64,000 nucleotides of DNA from Patescibacteria group bacterium (GCA_040902515.1 JBBDXB010000006.1:130219-194218); one strand, 5' to 3'; counted from the stretch's first letter, positions 46,486-56,918 are shown. Program-made: numbers and translations. The notes: a model not told the origin generated them from the letters alone.

Positions 46486-48033
46486 TCAACGGCGGCCGCT
46501 GTAGTTGGGGGCTTCGCGAGTGATCGTCATATCATGGGGATGGCTTTCCGCTTGGGCAGCAGGTGACACCCGCTGGAACTTACCACGTCGCTGCAGCACG
46601 GGTACCGATTCTGATCCCGTATAGTACATGCTCTTCTCAATTCCACCAACGTACTGAGCCACAACCTCCGCCAGGGTTCCGCTGTAGGGCACTACCCCCT
46701 CAATGCCTTCCGGGACCACGGCCTTCCGTTCGCCCGAATAGTATCGGCCACCGCCCCTGCTTTCCCGAATACCACCTTCCGATCCCATGCCGCGGTACGC
46801 CTTAAACTTCCGACCCTCCTGAAGGACCGTCTCTCCAGGACTTTCTTCAACCCCCGCGAAGATACTTCCCATCATCACTGCATCGGCGCCGGCGACCAGC
46901 GCCTTGCCTGCATCACCCGAGTAACGAATGCCGCCATCGGCAATAACCGGTATCTCACCACGTGTTTCTTGTAATGCCAATTTGATTGCAGCAAGTTGCG
47001 AAGTGCCGACACCGGTGACTTTCCGAGTAGTGCAACTTGCTCCCGGACCAATCCCGATTTTGATCGCATCAGCGCCGGCCTCGACTAACTCCCGGGTCGC
47101 CGAACGGCTACCGACGTTACCAGCGACTAGCTGTAAATCCGGAAAAGCGTGTTTGATTTCGCGGGTCAAAGCGATGACCGCCGCGTCCCCGCCATGGGCG
47201 GAGTCGGCGGTAAAGAAGTCCGCCCCCACCTTGATCAGCCGGTCGACTCGGGTCAGTGCATCCTCGAGATTCGCCTCCACGCCAATTGCCGCACCGACCA
47301 CCAGGCGGCCCTTGGCGTCCTTGGCTGCATGCGGGAACTTGGTTCGTAAGACGATGTCTTTGAACGTGAAGAGACCCTTGAGCCGCCCCTCTGCATCGAC
47401 AACAGGTAAATGGTCCACCTCCTCGTCCTTGTGCTCACGCAAATAGCGTTCTGCATCATCTCTGGTAGATCCCTCCGGAAGGACAGCGAGCCGATCCAGT
47501 GGCTTCATGACATCACGTAGCGACTCAGAGCCAGATGTGAAGCGAAGTTGACGCTTCGCGACCAAGCCCACGAGACGGTTCTCATCGATCACCAGCACGC
47601 TTCCGATGCCGCGTTCTTCCCGGATTCTCCGTACTTCACTGACTGGCGCATCGGGTGGAAGGGTGACCGGGTGCTCAATCAACGCGGACTCGGTTCGTTT
47701 CACCCGTTCGACCTGGTCGACCTGGTCTTCGATCGAGAGGTTCTTATGGATGACTCCCGCACCGCCCTCGCGTGCCAAGGCAGTTGCCAACCGATGCTCG
47801 GTGACCGTATCCATGGCCGCCGAGAGAAACGGGATGTTCAGTTCAATCCCGCGGGTAAGCCTGGTCTGAAGCGACAACGCTTGGTGTCGGACGTCGGAAA
47901 GTTCCTGACGGATGGTGACATCGTCGTACGTCAGGCCTTCACGAACGATATCCGAGTCACTGACGACTTCGACATCCTCAGGAATAACCTCAAATTCCGG
48001 TGCCCCCTCAAAGCCCCGTTCTCCTCTATCCAT
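46486..48033 (-). CDS. guaB: IMP dehydrogenase
   Basis: GLTYDDV..., paired CBS domains, catalytic GIGPGASCTTR loop, GGIRYSGD, MMGSIFAG. Confidence 0.9.
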   Translation of the reverse strand: MDRGERGFEGAPEFEVIPEDVEVVSDSDIVREGLTYDDVTIRQELSDVRHQALSLQTRLTRGIELNIPFLSAAMDTVTEHRLATALAREGGAGVIHKNLSIEDQVDQVERVKRTESALIEHPVTLPPDAPVSEVRRIREERGIGSVLVIDENRLVGLVAKRQLRFTSGSESLRDVMKPLDRLAVLPEGSTRDDAERYLREHKDEEVDHLPVVDAEGRLKGLFTFKDIVLRTKFPHAAKDAKGRLVVGAAIGVEANLEDALTRVDRLIKVGADFFTADSAHGGDAAVIALTREIKHAFPDLQLVAGNVGSRSATRELVEAGADAIKIGIGPGASCTTRKVTGVGTSQLAAIKLALQETRGEIPVIADGGIRYSGDAGKALVAGADAVMMGSIFAGVEESPGETVLQEGRKFKAYRGMGSEGGIRESRGGGRYYSGERKAVVPEGIEGVVPYSGTLAEVVAQYVGGIEKSMYYTGSESVPVLQRRGKFQRVSPAAQAESHPHDMTITREAPNYSGRR

Positions 48034-48139
48034 ATATACACGCTACCGAGCGGGCAACGTTTCGGCAACCTGGCCGGTCATTCGGGGGCCGGGAGCGGTA
48101 CTTGCTGTGATAGCAGATACCGTGATCCCGGCCCGGCCG

Positions 48140-48370
48140 TCATGTGTGAACACCCACTCTCTTGAGCCACCTGTACAGGCACAGCAGACCAAGCAGCACC
48201 CCCAGACTGGGCATGAGCAGGGACCACGCCGTGATGGGGTAACCCTCCGTGATCTGGAAGATGATCAGGGCGACTGAAGCGAGCGGCACGAGATAGGCGA
48301 AGAGGAAGCGGTCGAACGGCTTCTCGAGCTGCTTGACCACGCCCTCTGCGAACTTGTCGATGAAGCGCAT
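48140..48370 (-). CDS. small hypothetical membrane protein
   Basis: 76 aa with two TM helices. RBS AAAGGA. Preceded by conserved promoter module copy C. Confidence 0.5.
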   Translation of the reverse strand: MRFIDKFAEGVVKQLEKPFDRFLFAYLVPLASVALIIFQITEGYPITAWSLLMPSLGVLLGLLCLYRWLKRVGVHT

Positions 48371-48415
48371 GATGTTTCCTTTCGACGGTTTTTGACTACA
48401 TGACGGAATGACCGG

Positions 48416-48469
48416 CCGGGTTGTAAACGAGCAGATTAAGATAATACTACGGTTGACTTACTTTTTCAA
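48416..48469 (-). promoter_or_regulatory. conserved promoter/operator module copy C
   Basis: Minus strand: -35 TTGAAA (48464-48469), 17-nt spacer, -10 TATTAT (48441-48446), 11 nt, CGTTTACAACCCGG (48416-48429), then TAGTCAA and cgaaagga RBS. Confidence 0.55.
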
Positions 48470-48472
48470 GAA

Positions 48473-48985
48473 TCAGCCGGAGAACGCGGCGATCGTCTTG
48501 GCGACTTCATCGTGGATGCCGTCGATGCAGTCGTACTTCTTGACCTCGCCCTCGTTGACCCAGACGAAGTCGGTGAACGCTCCTTCTTCCGGCGTCACTT
48601 CGCCGCCAGCGTAGTCCGCGCCGAACTGAAGCAGCACGACCGGAATGCCATCCGGCCGTACGAAGACCACATCGCCGAGCAGCTTGAAGTTGTTACCGAG
48701 CTCGATCCCGGATTCCTCCTTTGCTTCGCGACGGAGTAAGTTCGCGACCATGCCGGGAAAGTCCGCGACGTCGCCGTTCATCCGCGGCGGGTGCGCCAGG
48801 TCCAGATCGCCGTGCTCGAGCTTGCCACCGGGAACGGCCCACTTGCCGGGATGCACCTTCTCGCGCTCGTCGCGCTTGAGGATCAGGCAGCGACCATCGT
48901 CCGCGCGATACGGGATCACCGTCGCGACGAAGTAGAAAAGCTTATCCGGCTTGGCGGCATCGATGCTGACCTTCGAAGCGGGCAT
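48473..48985 (-). CDS. NUDIX hydrolase
   Basis: Nudix box GGKLEHGD...REAKEESGIE. Confidence 0.75.
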   Translation of the reverse strand: MPASKVSIDAAKPDKLFYFVATVIPYRADDGRCLILKRDEREKVHPGKWAVPGGKLEHGDLDLAHPPRMNGDVADFPGMVANLLRREAKEESGIELGNNFKLLGDVVFVRPDGIPVVLLQFGADYAGGEVTPEEGAFTDFVWVNEGEVKKYDCIDGIHDEVAKTIAAFSG

Positions 48986-49429
48986 ACATTTAGCATAACA
49001 AAGAGGGCATTATGTAATGGGTTGAAGGTTACATAATGCCCGATTCCTGACTCCACCCGTAACGCTTTCGCGCGCCGCTCTCTGTGAGCATGGAGTTCGG
49101 GCTTGCTGACCGGGGAAGCCTACCTTCCAATCAACCGACTACCAACGCGTACATCGCCAGCACCGAGCCAATGATGATGCACCCAATACAGGCGATGGCG
49201 TCCATGCGCGTATCGGCGTTGGGCGCCATCCAAACCCCGATGATGACAATTGCAAACCCTATTCCGAAACCTACCAATGGGAACCTCCCTTTTCAGACGC
49301 GGAGTGCTAAAGTGCTACTAATTATTCTAACCGGGGGTCACTTGGAAGTATATGCAATCAGGAGCGGAAGATAGCATTGCAGTTAAGGAAATTTTTCAAA
49401 TGCCCAAGCGTTCTTTAAGTCCCTGACCG

Positions 49430-49924
49430 CTACGCCGGTTGTTCGAAGAACTCGTAGGATTTCCGGTTATATTCTTCGGCATCATAGAGATATGCGCCGT
49501 CGGCATTCCACAACGCGAATATCGTGATACCAGCCTCAAGCGCCAGGCGGCTGCAGACCGTACAGAACGGTTCGCCCGCTTCGGTGAAGTCACCGTTTTC
49601 ATCGATGCGCATGAAGTAGAGAATCGATCCCTCGATGCCCGCCGGTCCTTGCTTGCAGGCGTTCAGAATCGCCCGCCACTCGGCATGCACACAGCAGGTC
49701 CGGCAATAAGCGGGCTTCCGCCCTGCGGGATATTCGCCGTCGCACATCCGGTTCGCTTCTTTCTCGAGCGGCGGACTGTTGTAGCCGGACGCGACGATCC
49801 GCCCGTCCTTCACCACGACCGCGCCGCATCGGGCCTTACGGCAGGTTGCATGCTGCGCGGCTTCCGCCGCCGCATCGAAGAACGGCTTGATCGCGTCGAA
49901 GTCGCTGCCGGAGAGTTTTCGCAT
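49430..49924 (-). CDS. cytidine/deoxycytidylate deaminase family protein (dCMP deaminase-like)
   Basis: HAEWRAI (H-A-E) and PCTVCS (PCxxC) zinc-binding motifs. Start taken at MRKLSG, 7 nt after the tRNA-Gly(CCC) 3' end. Confidence 0.75.
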   Translation of the reverse strand: MRKLSGSDFDAIKPFFDAAAEAAQHATCRKARCGAVVVKDGRIVASGYNSPPLEKEANRMCDGEYPAGRKPAYCRTCCVHAEWRAILNACKQGPAGIEGSILYFMRIDENGDFTEAGEPFCTVCSRLALEAGITIFALWNADGAYLYDAEEYNRKSYEFFEQPA

Positions 49925-49930
49925 ATATGG

Positions 49931-50001
49931 AGCGGGTAAGGAGAATCGAACTCCTCTTTCGTGCTTGGGAAGCACGCGTAATGCCACTATACGATACCCG
50001 C
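49931..50001 (-). tRNA. tRNA-Gly (CCC)
   Basis: Acceptor GCGGGTA/TACCCGC, anticodon loop TTCCCAA, T-arm AGGAGTTCGATTCTCCT, discriminator U. Confidence 0.7.
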
Positions 50002-50054
50002 GTAGCACGACGGTCCGTCGCTGCTCCATCCATTATAAGGCGATGGGGTCCCTG

Positions 50055-50128
50055 AGCCGATGGGCGGATTCGAACCGCCGACCTTTCCCTTACGAAGGGA
50101 CTGCTCTGGCCAGCTGAGCTACATCGGC
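50055..50128 (-). tRNA. tRNA-Thr (CGT)
   Basis: Acceptor GCCGATG/CATCGGC, anticodon loop TTCGTAA, T-arm GGCGGTTCGAATCCGCC. Confidence 0.7.
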
Positions 50129-50285
50129 CTCCTCACGATTATAGCGTCCGGGTGTCGCACCAGAAAACGCTACGGGACTGGACTCAGGGATGTCATCCTA
50201 CAAGAGCGGTGCTTTGCAAGCGTTTTCAGTGCGATACCCGGACGGGAGGCTCGGCGAGATGCCCTGGTCGCGTTATGATGATTGC

Positions 50286-50750
50286 ATGCCGCAAGTGAAC
50301 GTAACCGAACGCAAGGTTTCCCCGAAGCTCGACCAAGGATTGATCACCGGAGTCTACGCCGGCGCCGTCGCCTGGGTGTGGATGCTCCTGATCGGAGCGC
50401 TCGGTGCCGGCTCTGCGGCGGACTTCGGCGTGTATCTCTCCGCGACGGTCCTCGGACCGGATGCCGTGCAAAGCCCCGGCTTCGGTGGGGATTGGCTGAT
50501 CGGCTCGGTGATCCACTTCGTCTACTGGGCGGTCCTCGGCGTGGTCTGGGCGTTGCTCTGGCCGACCATCCGCCGATACGGCACGCTCACCCCGGCGCTC
50601 CTCTTCTCGATCGCCGCGTACGTGGTCGTGGTGCAGATCATCCTCCGCCTGATCGAGCCGGCGACCGTCGAATCGCTCGGGGTGTCGGGCCATCTGATCG
50701 CCTTCATCCTCGGCGGATTCACTTTCGCCTGGCGGTACCGCCGGGCATAA
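50286..50750 (+). CDS. hypothetical membrane protein
   Basis: 4 predicted TM helices. Start taken at MPQVNV. One of the few plus-strand genes. Confidence 0.4.
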   Translation: MPQVNVTERKVSPKLDQGLITGVYAGAVAWVWMLLIGALGAGSAADFGVYLSATVLGPDAVQSPGFGGDWLIGSVIHFVYWAVLGVVWALLWPTIRRYGTLTPALLFSIAAYVVVVQIILRLIEPATVESLGVSGHLIAFILGGFTFAWRYRRA

Positions 50751-51459
50751 CGCTGTCGAACCCCGATTCCTGAAGCCGCTTCTGTTCAGCCGATGTGAGC
50801 GGCCGACACTGTCCTTTGCGGAGCCTTCCGAGCACGAGCGGGCCGAACTTCACACGCGTCAGCTTGGTGACCGGGTGCCCCACCGCCTCGCACATCCGGC
50901 GGACCTGACGGTTGCGCCCCTCCTTGATCACGATTTCCAGCCGCGTACCACCTGCCGCCCGTCCGAGCCGCCGGACCACGGCCGGCTGCGTCTTTCCGTC
51001 GCGGAGCCGGACGCCCCGGCTAAGCCGTTCCAATGCCCGATCGGAAACCGCGCCCTCCACCACCGCCCGGTACGTCTTTGGTACGCCATGGCGCGGATGC
51101 ATCAGCCGGTTCGCCAGCTCGCCGTCGTTGGTAAGCAGCATCAGTCCGGACGAATCGGCATCCAGCCGCCCGACCGGGTACACCCGCGCGTCGCGCGGCA
51201 CCAGGTCGATCACGGTCCGCCGGCCTTGCGGGTCCGTCGCAGTGGAGATCACGCCGAGCGGCTTGTGGAGCAGGTAGTAGCGGGGCGGCTGCCGGCGGAC
51301 GGGCGCTCCGTCCAGCGTAACCGTCGCCCGCGGCGGCACCACTACCGCCGGATCAGTCACCACCCGCCCGTCCACCCGGACCTTCCCCGCTTTCACCAGC
51401 TCCACAGCCCGGCGCCGCGACGCGGCACCCGCCGTCGCGATAAACTTCCCGAGCCGCAT
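50719..51459 (-). CDS. rluB: pseudouridine synthase (RsuA/RluB family)
   Basis: N-terminal S4 domain (RLGKFIATAGAASRR) and catalytic GRLDADSSGLMLLTNDG. Confidence 0.85.
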   Translation of the reverse strand: MRLGKFIATAGAASRRRAVELVKAGKVRVDGRVVTDPAVVVPPRATVTLDGAPVRRQPPRYYLLHKPLGVISTATDPQGRRTVIDLVPRDARVYPVGRLDADSSGLMLLTNDGELANRLMHPRHGVPKTYRAVVEGAVSDRALERLSRGVRLRDGKTQPAVVRRLGRAAGGTRLEIVIKEGRNRQVRRMCEAVGHPVTKLTRVKFGPLVLGRLRKGQCRPLTSAEQKRLQESGFDSVMPGGTARRK

Positions 51460-51485
51460 CACACCGCTGCCGGCACCGGAGCGGC

Positions 51486-52412
51486 TCATTCCAGCACGAG
51501 CGCTAACAGCGCCATCCGTACGTACAGGCCGTTCCGGACCTCGCGGAAGTATGCCGCCCGCGGGTCCGTGTCCATCCGCGCGTCGATCTCGTCCACCCGC
51601 GGGAGCGGGTGCATCACCGCCACGTCACCTTTCGCCTTGGCGAGCGATTCGGGGCTCACCACATAACTGCCTTTCACAAGGTCGTAATCCGCCTGCTTCG
51701 CGAACCGCTCCCGCTGGACCCGGGTCACGTACAGCACGTCGGTGTCCGGCAGCACCGCCGCGAGCGATTCGTGCATCGTTACCGGCACGGAAAGGTCGTC
51801 CCGGACGGATTTCGGCAGGCCGAGCGACTTCGGCGAGACGAGGTTCAGCCGGATGTCGTACTGCGAAAGCAGCCGGGCCAGCGAGTGGACGGTGCGTCCA
51901 TACTTGAGGTCGCCAAGCAGCGTCACGGTCAGACCGTCCGGACCGCCCTTTTCCTCGATGATCGTAAAAAGATCGAGCAGCGCCTGGGTCGGATGCTCGC
52001 CGGTACCGTCGCCAGCGTTGACGATCGGCACGTCCGCGATGTCGGCCGCCCGCTGCGCGGAGCCGCCCTCGGGATGCCGCAGGACGATCACGTCGGCGTA
52101 CTGCTCGAGCGTCTTCACGGTATCCTCCAACGTCTCTCCCTTGGTCACCGAGGACGACTTGATCTCGTTGATCGGGAACACCTTCCCCCCGAGCCGGAGC
52201 ATCGCCGCCGCGAAAGACGCCGAGGTCCGGGTGGACGGTTCGTAGAACAGGTTCATCAGGACCTTCGAGCCCAGGCGGTCGAGCGAGCCGTGTTCCTCCA
52301 CGGCCTCACGCATCCGGCGGGCCTCCTCGAACAGATGCACGCAGAGCTCGGGGGTGAACTGCGAGGCGGTCAGGACATCGGTACCGGAAAGCGGGTTCTT
52401 CGCGGGGTTCAT
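51486..52412 (-). CDS. pyrB: aspartate carbamoyltransferase catalytic subunit
   Basis: STRTR, HPTQ and HPLP motifs. 4-nt overlap with rluB. Confidence 0.9.
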   Translation of the reverse strand: MNPAKNPLSGTDVLTASQFTPELCVHLFEEARRMREAVEEHGSLDRLGSKVLMNLFYEPSTRTSASFAAAMLRLGGKVFPINEIKSSSVTKGETLEDTVKTLEQYADVIVLRHPEGGSAQRAADIADVPIVNAGDGTGEHPTQALLDLFTIIEEKGGPDGLTVTLLGDLKYGRTVHSLARLLSQYDIRLNLVSPKSLGLPKSVRDDLSVPVTMHESLAAVLPDTDVLYVTRVQRERFAKQADYDLVKGSYVVSPESLAKAKGDVAVMHPLPRVDEIDARMDTDPRAAYFREVRNGLYVRMALLALVLE

Positions 52413-52422
52413 CGCCCGAACC

Positions 52423-53463
52423 TCACGAGACGAGCCGTCCGTCCTCGACGACCGTTTTACCGTGCAGCACTACCGTTCGAGGCTTCCCGCATGCCGTCCA
52501 GCCGTCGAACGGCGACCACTTCGCCTTGGACTGGAACGCAGCCGGATCGATCTCGTACGGCTCGTCCGGATCCAGCTCCACGTACGTGTCGGGTTGCTCG
52601 GGGATCGCGAAGATCTCCCGCGCGGCGTCGTGGAGCAGCCGCGGGACGTCATCCGCGGCGAGTTTGCCATCGCGGACCGCCTTCCAGAGGAGTGGCGCGG
52701 CCGTCTCCAGCCCCGGCACGCCGAACGGCGGCGGGTCGCCCTGCTTTTCCTCAAGGGTGTGCGGCGCATGGTCCGTTTCCACCAAGTCGATAGTCCGGTC
52801 CGCCAGACCCTCCCAGAGCGCGTCCTGATCCCCTTGCTCGGCCAGCGGCGGTTTCATGATTGCCTGCGGCCCGTGGGTTTCTCGCGCCTTCCCGGTCAGG
52901 AAGAGGTGGTGCGGGCAGGCGCCCGCGGTGACCGCCTGTCCTTTCCGCTTGGCCGCCCGGACCAGCTCCACCTCTACAGCCTGGCTGATGTGGCAGACGT
53001 GCAACCGCTTGTCGTAGTAGTGCGCCAGCGAGAGCGCCGCCGCCAGCTGGACTCCCTCGGCATGCACGAGCACCGGTTTCGCCGCCGGCCACGCCTCGAA
53101 GATCCGCCTGAGCACCGCGACGTCCTCGATCAGCATCTCGCCCGTGGTGTGGTTGAGGTAGATCTTCAGTCCGAACACGTGTGGATCCTTTGCCGCCGCC
53201 ACGAAACTCTCCAGATTCCGGCCGTCGGTACCGTAATGGAATCCCAGCCCGCAGGCCGCCTTCTCCTCCGCCAGCCGCTCCTTTTCCTGCAACCGTTCGA
53301 GCGAGACGGTCGGCGTCGGGTTGTTCGGCATGTCGCAAACGAACGTGAACCCCCCGGCCAAGGCCGCCCGGGTGCCGGTCGCGAAGTCTTCTTTCTGGGT
53401 CGCACCCGGATCGCGCAGGTGCACGTGCGGGTCGATGAAGCCGGGGAAGCGCTTGGTCGCCAT
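52423..53463 (-). CDS. pyrC: dihydroorotase
   Basis: FIDPHVHLRDPG and DHAPH metal-binding motifs. Start taken at MATKRFPG; the 120-aa upstream extension is Ser/Pro-rich and implausible. Confidence 0.75.
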   Translation of the reverse strand: MATKRFPGFIDPHVHLRDPGATQKEDFATGTRAALAGGFTFVCDMPNNPTPTVSLERLQEKERLAEEKAACGLGFHYGTDGRNLESFVAAAKDPHVFGLKIYLNHTTGEMLIEDVAVLRRIFEAWPAAKPVLVHAEGVQLAAALSLAHYYDKRLHVCHISQAVEVELVRAAKRKGQAVTAGACPHHLFLTGKARETHGPQAIMKPPLAEQGDQDALWEGLADRTIDLVETDHAPHTLEEKQGDPPPFGVPGLETAAPLLWKAVRDGKLAADDVPRLLHDAAREIFAIPEQPDTYVELDPDEPYEIDPAAFQSKAKWSPFDGWTACGKPRTVVLHGKTVVEDGRLVS

Positions 53464-53536
53464 TCGGAGCCAGTATACCGCGAGGCATTGTACAAAACAC
53501 CAGTGACCGGTCGCCTGATTACGGTATGGTGGAATC

Positions 53537-54652
53537 GTGCAGAAGTTCACCGGTGCCATTCCTGTTCTCCTGATCGCCGCCGTCATCGCGATCGGCGCGG
53601 TGATACTGACGCGTGATTCCGCTGATCCCGCCACCACGGCTACCGCGACCCCGACGGCCTCCACCACCGAGATCGTCGCCGAAGGATTGGAAGTACCGTG
53701 GGACATCGCCTTTCTTTCGGATTCGCGGGCACTGATCACCGAGCGACCCGGCCGTGTGCGGCTGCTTGAGGATGGCGAACTGCAGGAAGAACCCGTGCTG
53801 ACCGTCGAGACCGCCCAACGGGGCGAAGGCGGCCTCCAGGGCATGACGCTGGATCCTGACTTCGAGGAAAACCGGTTCGTGTACCTCTACGTGAGCGAAG
53901 GTTCGGGTGACGACCTGACCAACCGGGTCGTCCGGTACCGGCTGACGGACGATGACCGGCTGGCCGACCCGCGGGTGCTCCTCGACGACATCCCCGGCAA
54001 CAACAACCACAATGGTGGCCGGCTCCGCTTCGGACCGGACGGCAAGCTCTATGTGACGACCGGCGATGCGCAAAACCCCGATCTGGCGCAAAGCCAAGGC
54101 TCGCTCGCCGGCAAGATCCTCCGGATGAATCCGGACGGCTCCGCACCGGCGGATAACCCGTTCGGGAACCTGGCCTGGTCGTACGGGCATCGCAACCCCC
54201 AAGGCCTGGCTTGGAGCGAAGACGGTCGGCTCTTCTCCACGGAACATGGCCCGAGCGGTGAGTTCGGCCTCTGCTGCCGTGACGAGCTCAACCGGATCGA
54301 GCGCGGCGGCAACTACGGCTGGCCGCTGATCACCGGCAACCAGACCCGCTTCGGGCTCGGTACGCCGATTCTCACCAGCGGTAACGACGACACCTGGGCA
54401 CCCGCTTCGCTCACGTTCTGGAACGGGAAGCTCTACTTCGGCGCGCTACGCGGCGAGCATGTCCACGAGATAACGCTTGAGAACGGCGGGGTGGCCGCTG
54501 ACCGGGAGCTCTTCGCGGACGAGTTCGGCCGGATCCGGACGGCCGCGGTCGGACCGGACGGCGCGCTCTACCTGTTCACCTCGAACCGTGACGGCCGCGG
54601 CGAGGTGCAGTCCGGAGACGACAAGCTGATCCGGGTGAACCGGCTGCCGTAA
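53537..54652 (+). CDS. PQQ-dependent sugar dehydrogenase (soluble glucose/sorbosone dehydrogenase family)
   Basis: N-terminal TM/signal. Beta-propeller motifs: GLQGMTLDPDFEENRFVYLY and HNGGRLRFGPDGKLYVTTGD. Confidence 0.75.
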   Translation: MQKFTGAIPVLLIAAVIAIGAVILTRDSADPATTATATPTASTTEIVAEGLEVPWDIAFLSDSRALITERPGRVRLLEDGELQEEPVLTVETAQRGEGGLQGMTLDPDFEENRFVYLYVSEGSGDDLTNRVVRYRLTDDDRLADPRVLLDDIPGNNNHNGGRLRFGPDGKLYVTTGDAQNPDLAQSQGSLAGKILRMNPDGSAPADNPFGNLAWSYGHRNPQGLAWSEDGRLFSTEHGPSGEFGLCCRDELNRIERGGNYGWPLITGNQTRFGLGTPILTSGNDDTWAPASLTFWNGKLYFGALRGEHVHEITLENGGVAADRELFADEFGRIRTAAVGPDGALYLFTSNRDGRGEVQSGDDKLIRVNRLP

Positions 54653-54662
54653 ACCGGGCGGC

Positions 54663-55700
54663 TTAGAACAGCTGGTTGTCGCCGGCGAAGATCTCGGAGA
54701 CCGACCCGTCTGTGCAGATCGAGCGGATCGAGTTGGTCAGGATGTCCGAGACCGTCAGGCGGTGGATGAAGTCGGGCGTGTTCAGACGGGCCGGGATCGT
54801 ATCCGTGACGATTACCTGTGAAAGCGGCGACTTCCGGAGGTTCTCGTAGGCGTTGCCCGAGAACACGCCGTGGGTCGCCAAGGCGAACACCTCGACCGCC
54901 CCTTCGTCGATTGCCATCTGCGCCCCGGCCGCCAGCGTGCCGCCGGTATCGATCATGTCGTCGACGATCACCACGGACTTGCCGCGGACGTCACCGATCA
55001 CGTGGCCCATTTTCACCTTCTGTTGCTCGGGCCGGTTCTTCTCGAGCAACGCGTACGACACGCCGAGCTTCTGAGCATACCGCCGGGCAAGCTTGGCCCG
55101 GCCGGCATCGGGCGCCATGATCGCGATCTCCGCCTTCGGCTTGAATTGGTCGGAGAGGTACTGCGCCAGCGCGGGCATCGCCGTCATGTGGTCCACCGGC
55201 TTGGTGAAGAACCCCTGCACCTGGCCGGAGTGGAGGTCCATCGTGACCACGCGGTCCACCCCGGCGGTCTCGAGCATCCGCGCGACGAGCCGCGCGGTGA
55301 TCGGTTCCCGCGGCGCGGACTTCTTGTCCTGGCGGGCATAGCCGTACCATGGCGTGACGGCGATCACTCGCCGCGCCGACGCGCCCTTGGCCGCCTCGAC
55401 CATCACCATCAATTCCATCAGGGCGTCGTTGACCGTCAGCTTCTCTTCTTCGTTGTCGCAGATGGACTGCACGACGAAAAGGTCCGCTCCGCGGATCGAG
55501 GTGGTGTACCGGCAGTAGACCTCCCCGTCAGAGAAGGTCTTGAGACCCGGGTCGATCAGGGTGACCCCGAGCTTATTCGCGATCGTCACCCCGAGGTCAC
55601 GGCTCGCTCGCCCGGCCGTCACCATCAGCTGCTTCGAGCCGTCGTCGATGGTGAGCGCTGCCGGCAGGGTCTGCGCGGCGATGGTGCGTGCGGTAGCCAT
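54663..55700 (-). CDS. prs: ribose-phosphate pyrophosphokinase
   Basis: PRPP synthetase motifs (DLHSGQVQGFF, VIVDDMIDTGGT). Confidence 0.9.
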   Translation of the reverse strand: MATARTIAAQTLPAALTIDDGSKQLMVTAGRASRDLGVTIANKLGVTLIDPGLKTFSDGEVYCRYTTSIRGADLFVVQSICDNEEEKLTVNDALMELMVMVEAAKGASARRVIAVTPWYGYARQDKKSAPREPITARLVARMLETAGVDRVVTMDLHSGQVQGFFTKPVDHMTAMPALAQYLSDQFKPKAEIAIMAPDAGRAKLARRYAQKLGVSYALLEKNRPEQQKVKMGHVIGDVRGKSVVIVDDMIDTGGTLAAGAQMAIDEGAVEVFALATHGVFSGNAYENLRKSPLSQVIVTDTIPARLNTPDFIHRLTVSDILTNSIRSICTDGSVSEIFAGDNQLF

Positions 55701-55780
55701 TCGCGCTCATCATAGCAAAGCATCGGGCTATAAGAAGAAACCCTCTGAATCTGGAATGATCCAAAGGGTGCCTTCCGGCT

Positions 55781-56368
55781 TCAGTGGGTGGCTGACCAAC
55801 CAAAGCGCTCACAGGTGTGGCGGTAGACGCGTGGTGCCGGACCGGCTCCTGTCTGTAGCCAATCGAGGACCTTGTGAATCAGGAACGGCTTGGCCTTGAG
55901 CAGGCGGCCTATCACGAATGCCAGCACGATGGCGATCGCCACGTTCCGTACTCCAAGCACGTGCAGGAATGGTGCCATGACGGCTCCGTAGATGACATAC
56001 GAAGCGGTGCCACCGATGGTAGTCAGGATGACCTGGGTTACCGCCCGGAATTGCCAGATCGCCATTACGGCGAGGGCAAGCAAGGGTCCGGCCGGGAGCA
56101 CGCAGATCGGAATCACGACGACGACCCGCCAGCCAGGCCGTACGGCCTGTGTCATCCAGCGCCCCCAACGGGATTGTTGGAGTTTATGCAACTTCCTGGC
56201 GATCCAGGGTATGTGGCTCAGTCCGACCAACAGGCAGGCAATCGTGAAGAAGAACGCGGCGGTAAGCGCGAGGGTGTGCCAGTACGGCATCCCGGTCGCC
56301 TCCGCTACGACAACTGCATTTTGCCGACCGATCAGCAAGGCAATGAGGAACGGCACGACCGAATCCAT
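55781..56368 (-). CDS. hypothetical membrane protein
   Basis: 195 aa with 5-6 TM helices. Confidence 0.45.
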   Translation of the reverse strand: MDSVVPFLIALLIGRQNAVVVAEATGMPYWHTLALTAAFFFTIACLLVGLSHIPWIARKLHKLQQSRWGRWMTQAVRPGWRVVVVIPICVLPAGPLLALAVMAIWQFRAVTQVILTTIGGTASYVIYGAVMAPFLHVLGVRNVAIAIVLAFVIGRLLKAKPFLIHKVLDWLQTGAGPAPRVYRHTCERFGWSATH

Positions 56369-56629
56369 CCGGCCACCCCCTTTCTGGTTGTTTGAGGTGC
56401 GTTTGTCCTACGTCGTGATTCATTGTACCCCGACAATGGCCGTCTGCGTGCCCGCAAAGTACTATCCTTGACCTGAAGGGGCAATTGAAACGAAACGAAG
56501 GGCGGGCTACATAAGAAAAAGCCCTCATGATCATGTGTTGTAAATTGATCATGGGGGCGAGTAGCGACACTCGGTCTGCAAGGTGTGTCGCCAGTGGTAA
56601 TACGTGCCGTGCCACGTCTGTTGTCGGAT

Positions 56630-56917
56630 TCAGCCCAGCCACCATCGAAACTGCTCCTGCCAGTCACGCCAACCGCGCCGTGTGGTAAACCTCGGCTGAC
56701 CGAGGGTGTTCGTCACGGTGCGGTGCAGGTGGTTGTCCCCACGGGTGATGATGATGTCGGTGGACTCTCCCGGTCCCAGCAGCACTCCCTCCTGGCGTTG
56801 CTGCGGGGTAAGTACCTTTTGGGAACCGATGATGTCATAGAAATACATCCGACGGTCGAACAGCTGATGGACTACGAAATGCTCATCCGGCACCCGGGTC
56901 CGGTCCGGTGTCACCAT
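56630..56917 (-). CDS. hypothetical protein
   Basis: 95 aa. 2-nt spacing to the upstream small membrane gene. Confidence 0.35.
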   Translation of the reverse strand: MVTPDRTRVPDEHFVVHQLFDRRMYFYDIIGSQKVLTPQQRQEGVLLGPGESTDIIITRGDNHLHRTVTNTLGQPRFTTRRGWRDWQEQFRWWLG

Positions 56918-56918
56918 C

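Noticed and set aside
44809-46566. 585-aa plus-strand ORF opposite the GT2 synthase
   Set aside because: Arg/Asp-rich antisense ORF. The GT2 reading has canonical D,D,D,QxxRW motifs.
49084-49374. 96-aa plus-strand ORF (Met/Pro-rich)
   Set aside because: No RBS, odd composition, and lies in an intergenic gap. Probably non-coding.
51609-53616. Plus-strand ORFs 51609-52793 and 52354-53616, and minus-frame ORF 52751-53500
   Set aside because: All overlap pyrB/pyrC, which carry unmistakable STRTR/HPLP and HxH motifs. The alternatives are Arg/Pro-rich.
52423-53844. 473-aa long form of pyrC; similarly the long N-termini of 58852-60624, 29434-30417, 29931-30656 and 16780-17805
   Set aside because: The upstream extensions are Ser/Pro/Arg-rich with no homology. 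Conserved N-terminal motifs start at internal Met codons, which often give 1-4-nt overlaps with the upstream gene.
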